A DNA stretch of 24,353 nt, taken from contig JAFXFQ010000030.1 in assembly GCA_017520365.1 (NCBI GenBank), positions 1 to 24,353 on the forward strand. Direction: 5' to 3'. Position 1 is the stretch's first letter; every line of letters starts with the position of its first letter. Below are positions 7,000-16,818 of this stretch, in pieces. The notes beneath the pieces are model-generated. The model saw only the letters and a program-made list of their open reading frames with translations. It had not been told where the DNA came from and did not search any database. Both the position numbers and the translations under genes were made by a program. Source of the stretch: Clostridia bacterium (GTDB lineage Bacteria > Bacillota > Clostridia > Oscillospirales > CAG-272).

Positions 7000-8865
7000 A
7001 TGATGTATAAGGGGGATTATGCCTTGTCGCTCATAGTTTTAATAAAAAAGAAAATAAATGAAACAGGATATACTTGGGCAGATCTTTTCGGTGCTTTTTG
7101 CGCAGCGTTTGTAATTGCTTCTGCCGTGTTTGTGCTCGGCAACGATTTTCAGAATCTTGCTCACGTTCATAGTTATTCCATAGTTTTGCCTGCCATTATT
7201 TGCATTTGTATCACAGCCCTTCTTTCGGGTCTTTCTCTGTTTGTTTTCGGGAATTCCCGTGTTCAAAAGGGTGTGCTTCTCGTTGCATGTCTGTTTTTGT
7301 GTGCCGCTCTTGTCGTAGGCTATTCAAAGGACGTTTTTTTCTGTCTCGGACTTGCATTTGTTCTTGTGCTCGTGATAAAGTACGCCGTCGGTCTTGAAAA
7401 CGAGGGTGAGATACAGATACTCAAGCGCTTTGACGATAAGCATTCTCTTATTGTGGTGTCTGTTCTTGTTGCGGCCTTTACCGCAGGCGTTTTTGCAATG
7501 ACTGCTGCAAAATATGCTACCTTCGGCCATTCCACGTTTGATTTCGGTATTTTTGCCTGTATGTTTGAAAATATGGCAGAAACAGGCCTGCCCAATACTA
7601 CCGTGGAAAGAGGAAAAGAGCTCAGCCATTTTGCTGTACATTTTTCTCCATTCTACTATGTTCTTCTCCCCGGCTATATGCTGTGGCGCTCTCCCCTGTA
7701 TCTTCTTTTGGTTCAGGCTCTCGGAATTGCTCTCGGTGCATTTGCTGTCAGAAGAATATGCCGCGCGCTGCAGCTTTCGCCCTCTATGGCCACGGCCTTT
7801 GCGGCGCTTTATCTCCTTTTCCCCTCCATGTCCAATGGGTGCTTTTTCGATTTTCACGAAAACAAATTCCTTTCCGTACTTATACTGTGGTCGCTGGTGT
7901 TTATCCTTGAGGAAAATCGCATCGGAACAGCTGTATTCTTCCTACTTATCCTCACGGTGAAGGAGGATGCGTTCATTTACGTTATCACCATCTGCATCTG
8001 GATGTTCGTAACAAAGCGAGACCGACTATTTGCCGTGATAGGTGCTGTTGCCTCATTTTTCTGGTTCCTCTTTGCTTGCCAAATGATCCGGGTATGTGGT
8101 GGAGAGATCATGTCTGACAGATTTGCAAACTACAGCGTTGAGAAGGACGCAGGTCTCTTCGGGGCTGTCCGTACCTGCTTTATTGATATAGGCTACCTTA
8201 TCAAAGCGGTGTTTGCCGGAGCCGCAACGGACAGGTTTAAGGAGCTTACGTATTCCGGTCAGAAGCTGGAGTTTATCTGGTGGCTCTTTGTTCCTCTTCT
8301 TTTTGCACCTTTTCTCAGAAAGCGCTCTTCAGAGCTGGTTTTGCTAATTCCCCTTCTCGTTATTAACCTTATGCCCGAATGGCGCTATCAGTTTAACGTG
8401 GGATATCAGTATACATACGGCACGGCGGCTCTTCTTATTTTCTCTGCAATTATGTACGTGAAGGAAGCGTCTCCCCGGGTCCGCCGCTTTCTTGTGACCT
8501 CCATGGTGTGCATATCCATGGTATTTATGATCTCTCTTGTATGGAATAGAGCAGGCGGATATTTCAGCGAGTACAGTGAAAACAAGACAAAATACGATAT
8601 GACGGTGGAGGCTCTTGAAATGATTCCTGAGGATGCCACTGTTACCGCATACGGCTGTATGGTTCCTCACCTCTGGCAGGTAGACGTACTGCAGACTGTG
8701 CCCAAGCATTATGGCCAACTTGTTCCTACTGAGTATTTTGTAATAGACAAGCGGTATGAAACAAGCGGGAATATACTTGATATGTATCATTGTATGGGTA
8801 ATGATTATGACCTTATCTGTGATAAGGGTTACGTTAAAATCTTCAAAGTAAAAGGGTCCGATTAA
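7000..8865 (+). CDS. DUF2079-family multi-pass membrane protein (GT-C-like); start may instead be TTG at 7024
   Basis: Many hydrophobic segments; motifs FDFGIF, SHFAVHFSP, LLLVQAL, FDFHENKF, VKEDA match my recollection of DUF2079. AAGGGGGA sits 7 nt before in-frame TTG 7024. Confidence 0.72.
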   Translation: MMYKGDYALSLIVLIKKKINETGYTWADLFGAFCAAFVIASAVFVLGNDFQNLAHVHSYSIVLPAIICICITALLSGLSLFVFGNSRVQKGVLLVACLFLCAALVVGYSKDVFFCLGLAFVLVLVIKYAVGLENEGEIQILKRFDDKHSLIVVSVLVAAFTAGVFAMTAAKYATFGHSTFDFGIFACMFENMAETGLPNTTVERGKELSHFAVHFSPFYYVLLPGYMLWRSPLYLLLVQALGIALGAFAVRRICRALQLSPSMATAFAALYLLFPSMSNGCFFDFHENKFLSVLILWSLVFILEENRIGTAVFFLLILTVKEDAFIYVITICIWMFVTKRDRLFAVIGAVASFFWFLFACQMIRVCGGEIMSDRFANYSVEKDAGLFGAVRTCFIDIGYLIKAVFAGAATDRFKELTYSGQKLEFIWWLFVPLLFAPFLRKRSSELVLLIPLLVINLMPEWRYQFNVGYQYTYGTAALLIFSAIMYVKEASPRVRRFLVTSMVCISMVFMISLVWNRAGGYFSEYSENKTKYDMTVEALEMIPEDATVTAYGCMVPHLWQVDVLQTVPKHYGQLVPTEYFVIDKRYETSGNILDMYHCMGNDYDLICDKGYVKIFKVKGSD

Positions 8866-8869
8866 GTTT

Positions 8870-9553
8870 ATGGCAGAACAAGAATTACATAAATTTCACC
8901 GCCGCAGAATGAGAAGAAGATTCAATCGCTACGGCGCTGACGTATTTGATACTCATCAGCTGATGGAAATGCTTTTGTTTCATTCCATAAAGCGTAGTGA
9001 TACGAATGAGCTTGCTCATATTGTGCTGAATGCAAAGCCTGACGGCGGGTTGAAGGCATCAAGCGAGCAGGATTTTCTTGACATTGACGGAGTGGGAGAG
9101 AATACGGCAAATCTTTTGTCGATCTCCTCTGCAATGACAGTGCGGCTCTTGCACGATACTATTTGTACAGAGCCACTTGATTCCGATTTTTCGGCAATGC
9201 TCTGCGCGTGGCTCTGCTTTGCTGATAAAAGTGATAAATCGGTGGTTGCCTTGTTGCTTGACGAAAAGAAACGTCTTTTGGAAAAGCTTTGGTTGTCAAG
9301 AGGAATGTCAAATCGCCCCGAGAGCTATTTGGAGATCCTGCTGCATGCGATAAAGGCATCTTCAGGCGACAAGTATCCAATAAAAAATGTAATAATTGCC
9401 CATAACCATCTTGATAGAAGCAAGGCCTCCTCTGCAGAGGACGTATACATGACTATGCTTTTGTCAAAGCATCTTTCGAAGGCGGGAGCCTGCCTTCTTG
9501 CAAGCTATATAGTAACGGATACCGATTGCGTAAATTGCGTCGGAGTAATCTAG
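8870..9553 (+). CDS. radC: RadC/JAB(MPN)-domain protein, divergent
   Basis: RadC-type N-terminus (LMEMLLFHSIKRSDTNELAH; IDGVGENTA helix-hairpin-helix) and HNH-x7-S-x2-D motif (HNHLDRSKASSAED). Confidence 0.75.
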   Translation: MAEQELHKFHRRRMRRRFNRYGADVFDTHQLMEMLLFHSIKRSDTNELAHIVLNAKPDGGLKASSEQDFLDIDGVGENTANLLSISSAMTVRLLHDTICTEPLDSDFSAMLCAWLCFADKSDKSVVALLLDEKKRLLEKLWLSRGMSNRPESYLEILLHAIKASSGDKYPIKNVIIAHNHLDRSKASSAEDVYMTMLLSKHLSKAGACLLASYIVTDTDCVNCVGVI

Positions 9554-9572
9554 ACCGATAAAGGAGTAAACT

Positions 9573-10097
9573 ATGAGACAGCTTTGCGAATATCTTGAGT
9601 GCGGACAGATAGTGTCTACCCACGGTGTGCGTGGCACGGTGCGCCTTGAAAGCCGTTGTGATTCTCCCCGTGTTCTTGCTTCTCTCAAGAGAATGTACAG
9701 AAAAAAGGGCGGAGAATACGTTGAACTGAAGGTGGTAAGCTCCTCCATTCAGAAGAATATGGTGCTATGCACCTTTGAGGGGCTTGATTCCCTTGAGGCG
9801 GCGGCAGCTATGAAGGGCACTGTTCTCTATGCAAGGAGAGAGGACTTCAGGCTGAGACGAGGCGAATATTTCTGGGCAGATATGATGGAACTTCCCGTTA
9901 TCGACGATGAAACGGGAGAGGTATACGGTCATCTTTCCAATATTCTTACCCCCGGTGCCCATCAGGTTTATGTTGTTAAGAGGGAGGCGGGCGAGTTTAT
10001 GATCCCCGCAGTTCCCGAATTTATCAAGGAGATATCCCTTGGTGAAGAGAGGGCAGAGGGCATCTACGTTAAGCTTATTGAAGGAATGATAGAATAA
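9573..10097 (+). CDS. rimM: 16S rRNA processing factor RimM
   Basis: GQIVSTHGVRG, GEYFWADMM and PRC-barrel C-terminus (GAHQVYVV, MIPAVPEFI); RBS AAGGAG; directly before trmD. Confidence 0.93.
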   Translation: MRQLCEYLECGQIVSTHGVRGTVRLESRCDSPRVLASLKRMYRKKGGEYVELKVVSSSIQKNMVLCTFEGLDSLEAAAAMKGTVLYARREDFRLRRGEYFWADMMELPVIDDETGEVYGHLSNILTPGAHQVYVVKREAGEFMIPAVPEFIKEISLGEERAEGIYVKLIEGMIE

Positions 10098-10144
10098 GAG
10101 AAGAAAAAGGAAGTTTTTTGCAAGGGCGAAAAACAAATTATATT

Positions 10145-10948
10145 ATGAGATTTGATATAATGACCCTGTTTCCCGATCTTGTAAGGAGCGTACTTTCCGA
10201 AAGCATTATCGGAAGAGCGCAGGAGGCGGGGCATCTTGAGATTAACGCCTATAATATCCGTGATTGGTCTAAGGATAAGCACAGAAGAGTTGATGATACT
10301 CCCTGCGGCGGCGGAATGGGTATGCTCATGGCGGCTCCTCCTATATACGATTGTTATCAGGCTGTTGTTCAAGACAGGTCTGAGGGCGAAAGGATCAAGA
10401 CCGTGTATATGTCTCCTCGCGGCACTACTCTGACCGAGTCTGTTGCCAAACGAATAGCGGGGGAGTGTGACCGTCTCGTTATTCTTTGCGGACATTACGA
10501 GGGTGTTGATCAGCGTATTATTGACGAAATAATAGACGAGGAAATCTCCATCGGCGATTACGTGCTGACGGGAGGCGAGATTCCTGCCTGCATACTCGTG
10601 GACTGTGTTTCACGTCTCTGTAGCGGTGTCCTTTCCGAGGCTGAGTGCCACGAGGTGGAGAGCTTTGAAAACGATCTCCTTGAGTTTCCTCAGTACACCC
10701 GCCCTGTTGAGTTTATGGGAAAAAGGGTTCCCGATGTGCTGCTGAGCGGCCACCACGGAAAAATTGAGGCGTGGAGGCTTGAAAGAGCTGAGGAGATAAC
10801 CAAAGAGCGCCGTCCCGATCTCTACGAAAAATACGCAGCCCGTAAGGCTGCGGCAGAGGCGGAAAAGGCGGCAAAGAGGAAAAGACGTCAGATGTATGCC
10901 GAAAGGGCGAGACAGAAAAAGGAAAAAGGTGATAACGATGCTTTGTGA
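10145..10948 (+). CDS. trmD: tRNA (guanine-N1)-methyltransferase TrmD (alternative start TTG at 10118, which has AAGGA 6 nt upstream)
   Basis: MRFDIMTLFP, VDDTPCGGGMGM, LCGHYEGVDQR, SIGDYVLTGGE, PQYTRP, VPDVLLSGHH. Confidence 0.97.
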   Translation: MRFDIMTLFPDLVRSVLSESIIGRAQEAGHLEINAYNIRDWSKDKHRRVDDTPCGGGMGMLMAAPPIYDCYQAVVQDRSEGERIKTVYMSPRGTTLTESVAKRIAGECDRLVILCGHYEGVDQRIIDEIIDEEISIGDYVLTGGEIPACILVDCVSRLCSGVLSEAECHEVESFENDLLEFPQYTRPVEFMGKRVPDVLLSGHHGKIEAWRLERAEEITKERRPDLYEKYAARKAAAEAEKAAKRKRRQMYAERARQKKEKGDNDAL

Positions 10949-11744
10949 GACCGTTTATCTGAGAGAGGACGACAAGGACGTCCGCCTTGAGACCTATATT
11001 TCAAAAAAATCGGGCGATATGTGGTGGACACCTCCCCGTGATTGTATGATAATCATTCCCGGCGGAGCATACTGTTTTCTTGCAGAAAGAGAGGCAGAGC
11101 CTCCCGCAAAGGCATTCCTTGGCGAGGGCTTCAATTGCTTCGTGCTCTACTACTCCATCGGCGAAAAGGCAAAGTTCCCCCGCCCCTTGCAGGATGTTTC
11201 TCTGGCAATTGCTCATATTAAGAGAAATGCCGAAAGGTATAATATAAACCCCGACAGAATCTTTGTCTGCGGCTTTTCCGCAGGCGGTCACCTTGCCGCA
11301 TCTGCCGGAGTTTTTTGGAATCGCCCCGAGGCAGCATTTGAGGGCATGATGGCAGGAGAAAACCGCCCTGCGGGAATGGTGCTCAGTTACGGAGTTGTAT
11401 CCTTTGGCGAGCATACACATCTTGAATCCTGTCGTTATGTTACCGGTAAAGAGGACCCTACTCCCGAGGAGCGCGCTTATTGGTCTCCGGACAAGCACAT
11501 TGGCCCCGATACCGTGCCTGCATTCCTTTGGCATACTCAGAAGGATGACTGCGTTGACGTAAGATGTGCCCTTGATATGACAAATGCTCTGATCCTTGGC
11601 GGAGTTCCTGCTGAGATACATATCTATCCTGAGGGTCCTCACGGCCTTTCTGTGGCAACCGAGGAAACGGGAAATGCGGATGCACATATTGCTCACTGGA
11701 TACGCGATTGCGCTGAGTGGACAAAAATAATAAAAGAGATCTGA
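10938..11744 (+). CDS. alpha/beta-hydrolase (acetylesterase/BD-FAE-like), paralog 1
   Basis: PGGAY oxyanion loop, GFSAGG nucleophile (Ser at 11277), WHTQKDDCV acid, YPEGPHGLS His; start chosen by homology with paralogs. Confidence 0.88.
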   Translation: MLCETVYLREDDKDVRLETYISKKSGDMWWTPPRDCMIIIPGGAYCFLAEREAEPPAKAFLGEGFNCFVLYYSIGEKAKFPRPLQDVSLAIAHIKRNAERYNINPDRIFVCGFSAGGHLAASAGVFWNRPEAAFEGMMAGENRPAGMVLSYGVVSFGEHTHLESCRYVTGKEDPTPEERAYWSPDKHIGPDTVPAFLWHTQKDDCVDVRCALDMTNALILGGVPAEIHIYPEGPHGLSVATEETGNADAHIAHWIRDCAEWTKIIKEI

Positions 11745-11746
11745 TC

Positions 11747-12571
11747 ATGCTTTGCGAAAAAATATACTTAAACGAAGAAAATAAGGACGTAGTCTTAAAA
11801 ACCTACGTTACCGAGGAATATGTAAAGGGTATAAAAAGAGACTGTATGCTGATCCTTCCGGGAGGAGGATACAATTTCTGCGCACTACACGAGGACGAGC
11901 CCGTAGCAAAGGCATTTATGTACCGTGGCTTCAATTGCTTTACCCTTTATTATACGGTAGGTGAGAGGGCAAGCCTTGACGTTTCACTGAAGGATGTGTC
12001 AAAGGCCATTGCCCACATAAAGAGAAATGCGGACAAATATAATATAGACCCCGAGCGGGTGTTCGTTTGCGGCTTTTCTGCAGGCGGTCACCTTGCCGCA
12101 TCCATCGGCACTCTTTGGCATCGCAGCATTGCGGCCTTTGAAGGGATGGAGAGGGGAGAAAACCGACCTGCGGGAATGATAATCTCTTACGGAGCCTGCA
12201 CTTTGGGAGAATATTCCCATGAGCTGAGCCGAAGGTTCGTTTACGGTAAGGATATTCTGACAGAGGACGAGATCGAAGCCCTTTCCCCCGATAAAAACGT
12301 GGATGAAAACACAGTCCCTGCCTTTATATGGCATACTGCAAACGATGAGGTTGTTCACGTGGGCAATGCTCTCGCAATGGCAGAGGCTCTCATGGAAAAA
12401 GGTATACCCTCAGAGCTTCATATCTATCCCTTCGGCTGGCATGGCCTTTCCGTCTGCCTTGACGGTGTGGGCTTTGGCTCGGAGGACAAATCAAATATTC
12501 ACGTGTCCGGCTGGGTAGAGCAGTGTGCTCAGTGGATAAGGGTGATCAAAGGAGCAGACCATGCTGTTTGA
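11747..12571 (+). CDS. alpha/beta-hydrolase (acetylesterase/BD-FAE-like), paralog 2
   Basis: PGGGY, GFSAGG (Ser at 12077), WHTANDEVV, YPFGWHGLS. Confidence 0.88.
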   Translation: MLCEKIYLNEENKDVVLKTYVTEEYVKGIKRDCMLILPGGGYNFCALHEDEPVAKAFMYRGFNCFTLYYTVGERASLDVSLKDVSKAIAHIKRNADKYNIDPERVFVCGFSAGGHLAASIGTLWHRSIAAFEGMERGENRPAGMIISYGACTLGEYSHELSRRFVYGKDILTEDEIEALSPDKNVDENTVPAFIWHTANDEVVHVGNALAMAEALMEKGIPSELHIYPFGWHGLSVCLDGVGFGSEDKSNIHVSGWVEQCAQWIRVIKGADHAV

Positions 12572-13373
12572 ATCAATACATCTCAGAGATAACGAGAGGG
12601 ACGTGCGCATGGATACGTACTGCGCCCTTCCTATGTGGAGCATGGATCCGAGCCCCGCAAGAGATGCGCTGCTGATCCTTCCCGGCGGAGCCTATGCAGG
12701 TCACGCTGCCCACGAGGCAGAGCCTGTTGTTCGTGCATTTATGCCCCACTGTTTTAACTGCTTCGTGCTTTACTATTCTGTTGGCGAAAAGGCGAAGTTT
12801 CCCCGGCCCCTCAAGGACGTTTCTATGGCGGTGGCCCATATAAAGAGAAATGCGAAAAAGTATAATATTGACCCCGAAAGAGTGTTTGTCCTCGGCTTTT
12901 CCGCAGGAGGACACCTTGCCGCATCGTTAGGCACCATGTATGACCGTGATTTTGCCGCCTTTGAAGGTATGGCAGCAGGTGAAAATAAGGTTCGCGGTAT
13001 GATACTTGGCTATCCTGTTGCGACTCTTGGAGACTGCACTCATGAATTTTCCCGCAGTATGGTAATGGGAAAGGCGGATGCAACGAGAGAGGAATGGGAG
13101 AAATATTCCCCTGATAAAAACGCAAATGAAGGCTCCGCTCCTGCTTTTATTTGGCATACTGCAGAGGATAAGGATGTCAGCGTTAAGAATTCCCTTATTT
13201 TAGCGGGCGAGCTGATAAAGAGAGGCATCCCCACCGAGCTTCACGTATACCCCTATGGGCATCACGGTCTGTCCGTTGCCAATAAGGAGATAGAGTGCGA
13301 GAATCCCACAAACGTGGACCCACACGTGGCAGGTTGGGTGAAGGACTGCATTGAATGGACGAAAATAATATAA
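12561..13373 (+). CDS. alpha/beta-hydrolase (acetylesterase/BD-FAE-like), paralog 3
   Basis: PGGAY, GFSAGG (Ser at 12900), WHTAEDKDV, YPYGHHGLS; RBS AAGGAG. Confidence 0.88.
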   Translation: MLFESIHLRDNERDVRMDTYCALPMWSMDPSPARDALLILPGGAYAGHAAHEAEPVVRAFMPHCFNCFVLYYSVGEKAKFPRPLKDVSMAVAHIKRNAKKYNIDPERVFVLGFSAGGHLAASLGTMYDRDFAAFEGMAAGENKVRGMILGYPVATLGDCTHEFSRSMVMGKADATREEWEKYSPDKNANEGSAPAFIWHTAEDKDVSVKNSLILAGELIKRGIPTELHVYPYGHHGLSVANKEIECENPTNVDPHVAGWVKDCIEWTKII

Positions 13374-13395
13374 ATTTCAGATAGGAGACATAAAA

Positions 13396-14757
13396 ATGAG
13401 CTTCAAAAAAGACTTTTCCTGGGGCGTGGCAAGCGCCGCCTACCAGATCGAGGGTGCCGCATTCGAGGATGGCAAGGGCCTTTCCATTTGGGACGTTTAT
13501 TCTCATATCCCCGGCAAGATCAAGGAAGAGCACAACGGTGACGTCGCTTGTGACCACTATCACAGATATAAAGAGGATGTGGCTCTTATGAAGGAGCTAG
13601 GCACAAAGGTGTACCGTTTCTCCGTGTCCTGGGCAAGAATTATCCCGAACGGTATCGGCGAGGTAAACCAGAAGGGAATCGATTTTTATAACAATCTTAT
13701 CGATGAGCTTCTCGCTGCGGGAATCACGCCCTGCCTCGTTCTCTTCCATTGGGACTACCCTTATGAGCTTTATAAGAAGGGCGGTTGGCTTAATGCAGAC
13801 AGCCCTGAGTGGTTTAAGTACTATACTGAGGTCTGCGCAAAGGCCTTCGGTGACAGAGTTAAGATGTGGATAACCTTCAACGAGCCTCAGTGCTTCCTCG
13901 GAGAGGGTCACCTTAATGGAGGTACTGCCCCCGGTATCAAGATGACCGTTGGCGACGTTGTCCGCATGGGTCATAATGTAATGCTTTCCCACGGTAAGTC
14001 TGTTATGGCGATCCGCGAGCTTGTTAAGGACAGCATCGTCGGCTATGCTCCCTCCTGCGATGTTTGCGCCCCGGATAATGACGATCCCGCAAATGTTGAG
14101 GCTGCAAGACGCCGTTACTTCTCCTTTGATGAGGAGTGGTGGATGTGGAACGTCTCTCTTTGGAGTGACCCCGTTATGCTGGGACGCTACCCTGAGGAGG
14201 ACGAGGTTTTTCAGCGCAAGCTTAAGCCCCACCTTCCCGAGGGCTATGAGGATGATATGAAGATAATCTGCCAGCCCCTGGATTTCTACGGCCAGAATAT
14301 CTATACCGCATCTCATTGGACCGCAGATGAAAACGGCGTTGCTCAGTGGACACGCCTCCCCACAGGCACAGCAAAGTCCACAAACAATTGGCCCCTCACC
14401 CCCGAGGCCCTCTATTGGGGCCCGAAGTTTCTCTATGAGAGATATAAAACTCCAATTATTATTACCGAAAACGGTATGGCTTGCCATGACTGGATATCAG
14501 TTGACGGAAAGGTCCATGACCCTAACCGTATAGATTACATAACACGCTACCTCAGAGCTCTCAAAAAATGCTCCGAGGACGGCGCAGAGATCGCAGGCTA
14601 TTGGTATTGGGCACTTCTCGATAATTTCGAATGGGGAGACGGATATACACAGCACTTCGGCCTCGTGTATATGAATTACCAGACCCTAGAACGTGTAAAG
14701 AAGGATTCCTTCGAGTTCTATAAGGAGGTCATTGCCTCCAACGGAGAAAACATCTGA
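13396..14757 (+). CDS. Glycoside hydrolase family 1, probable beta-glucosidase
   Basis: WGVASAAYQIEG, YRFSVSWARI, TFNEP (acid/base), ITENG (nucleophile), DNFEW (non-phospho type); no signal peptide. Confidence 0.94.
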   Translation: MSFKKDFSWGVASAAYQIEGAAFEDGKGLSIWDVYSHIPGKIKEEHNGDVACDHYHRYKEDVALMKELGTKVYRFSVSWARIIPNGIGEVNQKGIDFYNNLIDELLAAGITPCLVLFHWDYPYELYKKGGWLNADSPEWFKYYTEVCAKAFGDRVKMWITFNEPQCFLGEGHLNGGTAPGIKMTVGDVVRMGHNVMLSHGKSVMAIRELVKDSIVGYAPSCDVCAPDNDDPANVEAARRRYFSFDEEWWMWNVSLWSDPVMLGRYPEEDEVFQRKLKPHLPEGYEDDMKIICQPLDFYGQNIYTASHWTADENGVAQWTRLPTGTAKSTNNWPLTPEALYWGPKFLYERYKTPIIITENGMACHDWISVDGKVHDPNRIDYITRYLRALKKCSEDGAEIAGYWYWALLDNFEWGDGYTQHFGLVYMNYQTLERVKKDSFEFYKEVIASNGENI

Positions 14758-14762
14758 TTAAA

Positions 14763-14795
14763 AAAACGCCCGTTGCAAATTGCAACGGGCGTTTT
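14763..14795 (+). terminator. Intrinsic terminator after GH1
   Basis: AAAACGCCCGTTGCA-AAT-TGCAACGGGCGTTTT, perfect 15-bp stem. Confidence 0.85.
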
Positions 14796-14807
14796 GCAAC
14801 GTCCATA

Positions 14808-14993
14808 TAAATCGGAGTTTGAAGGTGTAAGGCTATGTGGAGGGCTTTTTGCAAAAAGCCCCCCACACCCCCAAAAAACCTTAAAAAAGGAATATTTTTT
14901 GTTTTTTCTTCTTTTTTTAAAGTTTTTTGGAGTGCAGAACCTTTTTTTCAAAAAAGGTTTTGCATCTTCCTCTTACCTTCAAACTCTAATTTA
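14808..14993. repeat. Dispersed modular palindromic element, copy 2 (186 bp, inverted relative to copy 1)
   Basis: Terminal IR TAAATCGGAGTTTGAAGG / CCTTCAAACTCTAATTTA (16/18); two T-run/A-run hairpins; same core as 6736-6909 on the opposite strand. Confidence 0.8.
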
Positions 14994-15141
14994 TAGTTAG
15001 AAGGCGGGGTATAATAACGGGTGAGGCCGGGATTGGCAACAATTATTCTTTACCGGATATACCTAAGGAGACCATGTGAAATTGCTGATACGGCATTTTG
15101 CAACATTTACACAAAAATGGGTAAAATTTGATGGATTATTA

Positions 15142-15170
15142 TTGAAAAGTTACCGTGTAAATGGTATAAT
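15142..15170 (+). promoter_or_regulatory. sigmaA-type promoter of the atp operon
   Basis: TTGAAA (15142-15147), 17-nt spacer, TGgTATAAT (15162-15170). Confidence 0.8.
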
Positions 15171-15200
15171 AATCCAAATCACAAGTAAAGGTCAAATTAT

Positions 15201-15585
15201 ATGAAAAAGATAGATCCCGCAGTAAAAAAAGAAACCCTGTTTATCCTTTGGATGACGGTGATAATTAGCCTTCTTATGGAGGCGGTCTTTCTCATTATCG
15301 GAAAATGGGATACGACGGTGCTTTTCGGAAACCTCCTCGGAGCTGCTGCTGCCGTTCTTAATTTTTTTATAATGGGAATTTCGGTGCAGTCTGCTCTCGG
15401 CAAGGAGGAAAAGGATGCAAAGAACGTGATAAAGCTATCCCAGTCACTGCGTTTTATTATGCTTGTGGCTGTTGGCGCAATAGGTTATCTCGTGACCTGT
15501 TGCAACGTTATTGCAACAGTGCTTCCGTTCCTTTTTCCAAGAATTGCAATAGCTTTCAGACCTTTGTTTAGCAGAGAAAGGGGAG

Positions 15586-15593
<8 letters not shown>
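15201..15593 (+). CDS. atpI: ATP synthase protein I (UncI-like, about 4 TM helices)
   Basis: 130-aa hydrophobic protein, first gene of the atp operon, GNLLG..AVLNFF and SQSLRF motifs; overlaps atpB by 8 nt. Confidence 0.75.
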
Positions 15594-16798
<1,205 letters not shown>

Positions 16799-16818
16799 TA
16801 TAACTGAGTGGTAAACTT

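Noticed and set aside
13597-14487. 296-aa antisense ORF within GH1 (likewise 11001-11696, 3615-4091, 16828-17427, 20961-21479 and other nested ORFs)
   Set aside because: Each lies wholly or almost wholly opposite or out of frame to confidently identified genes, with no recognisable domain.
14718-15000. Short Phe/Lys-rich ORFs on both strands (14718-14951, 14773-15000)
   Set aside because: They are translations of the A/T-run palindromic element and terminator.
15076-15204. 42-codon GTG ORF with AAGGAG 5 nt upstream whose stop overlaps the atpI ATG (ATGA)
   Set aside because: It spans the near-consensus atp promoter (15142-15170), I see no -35 for the upstream TATAAT at 15010, it has no motif, and atpI has its own SD-like AAAGGT. 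Ribo-seq would be needed to revive it.
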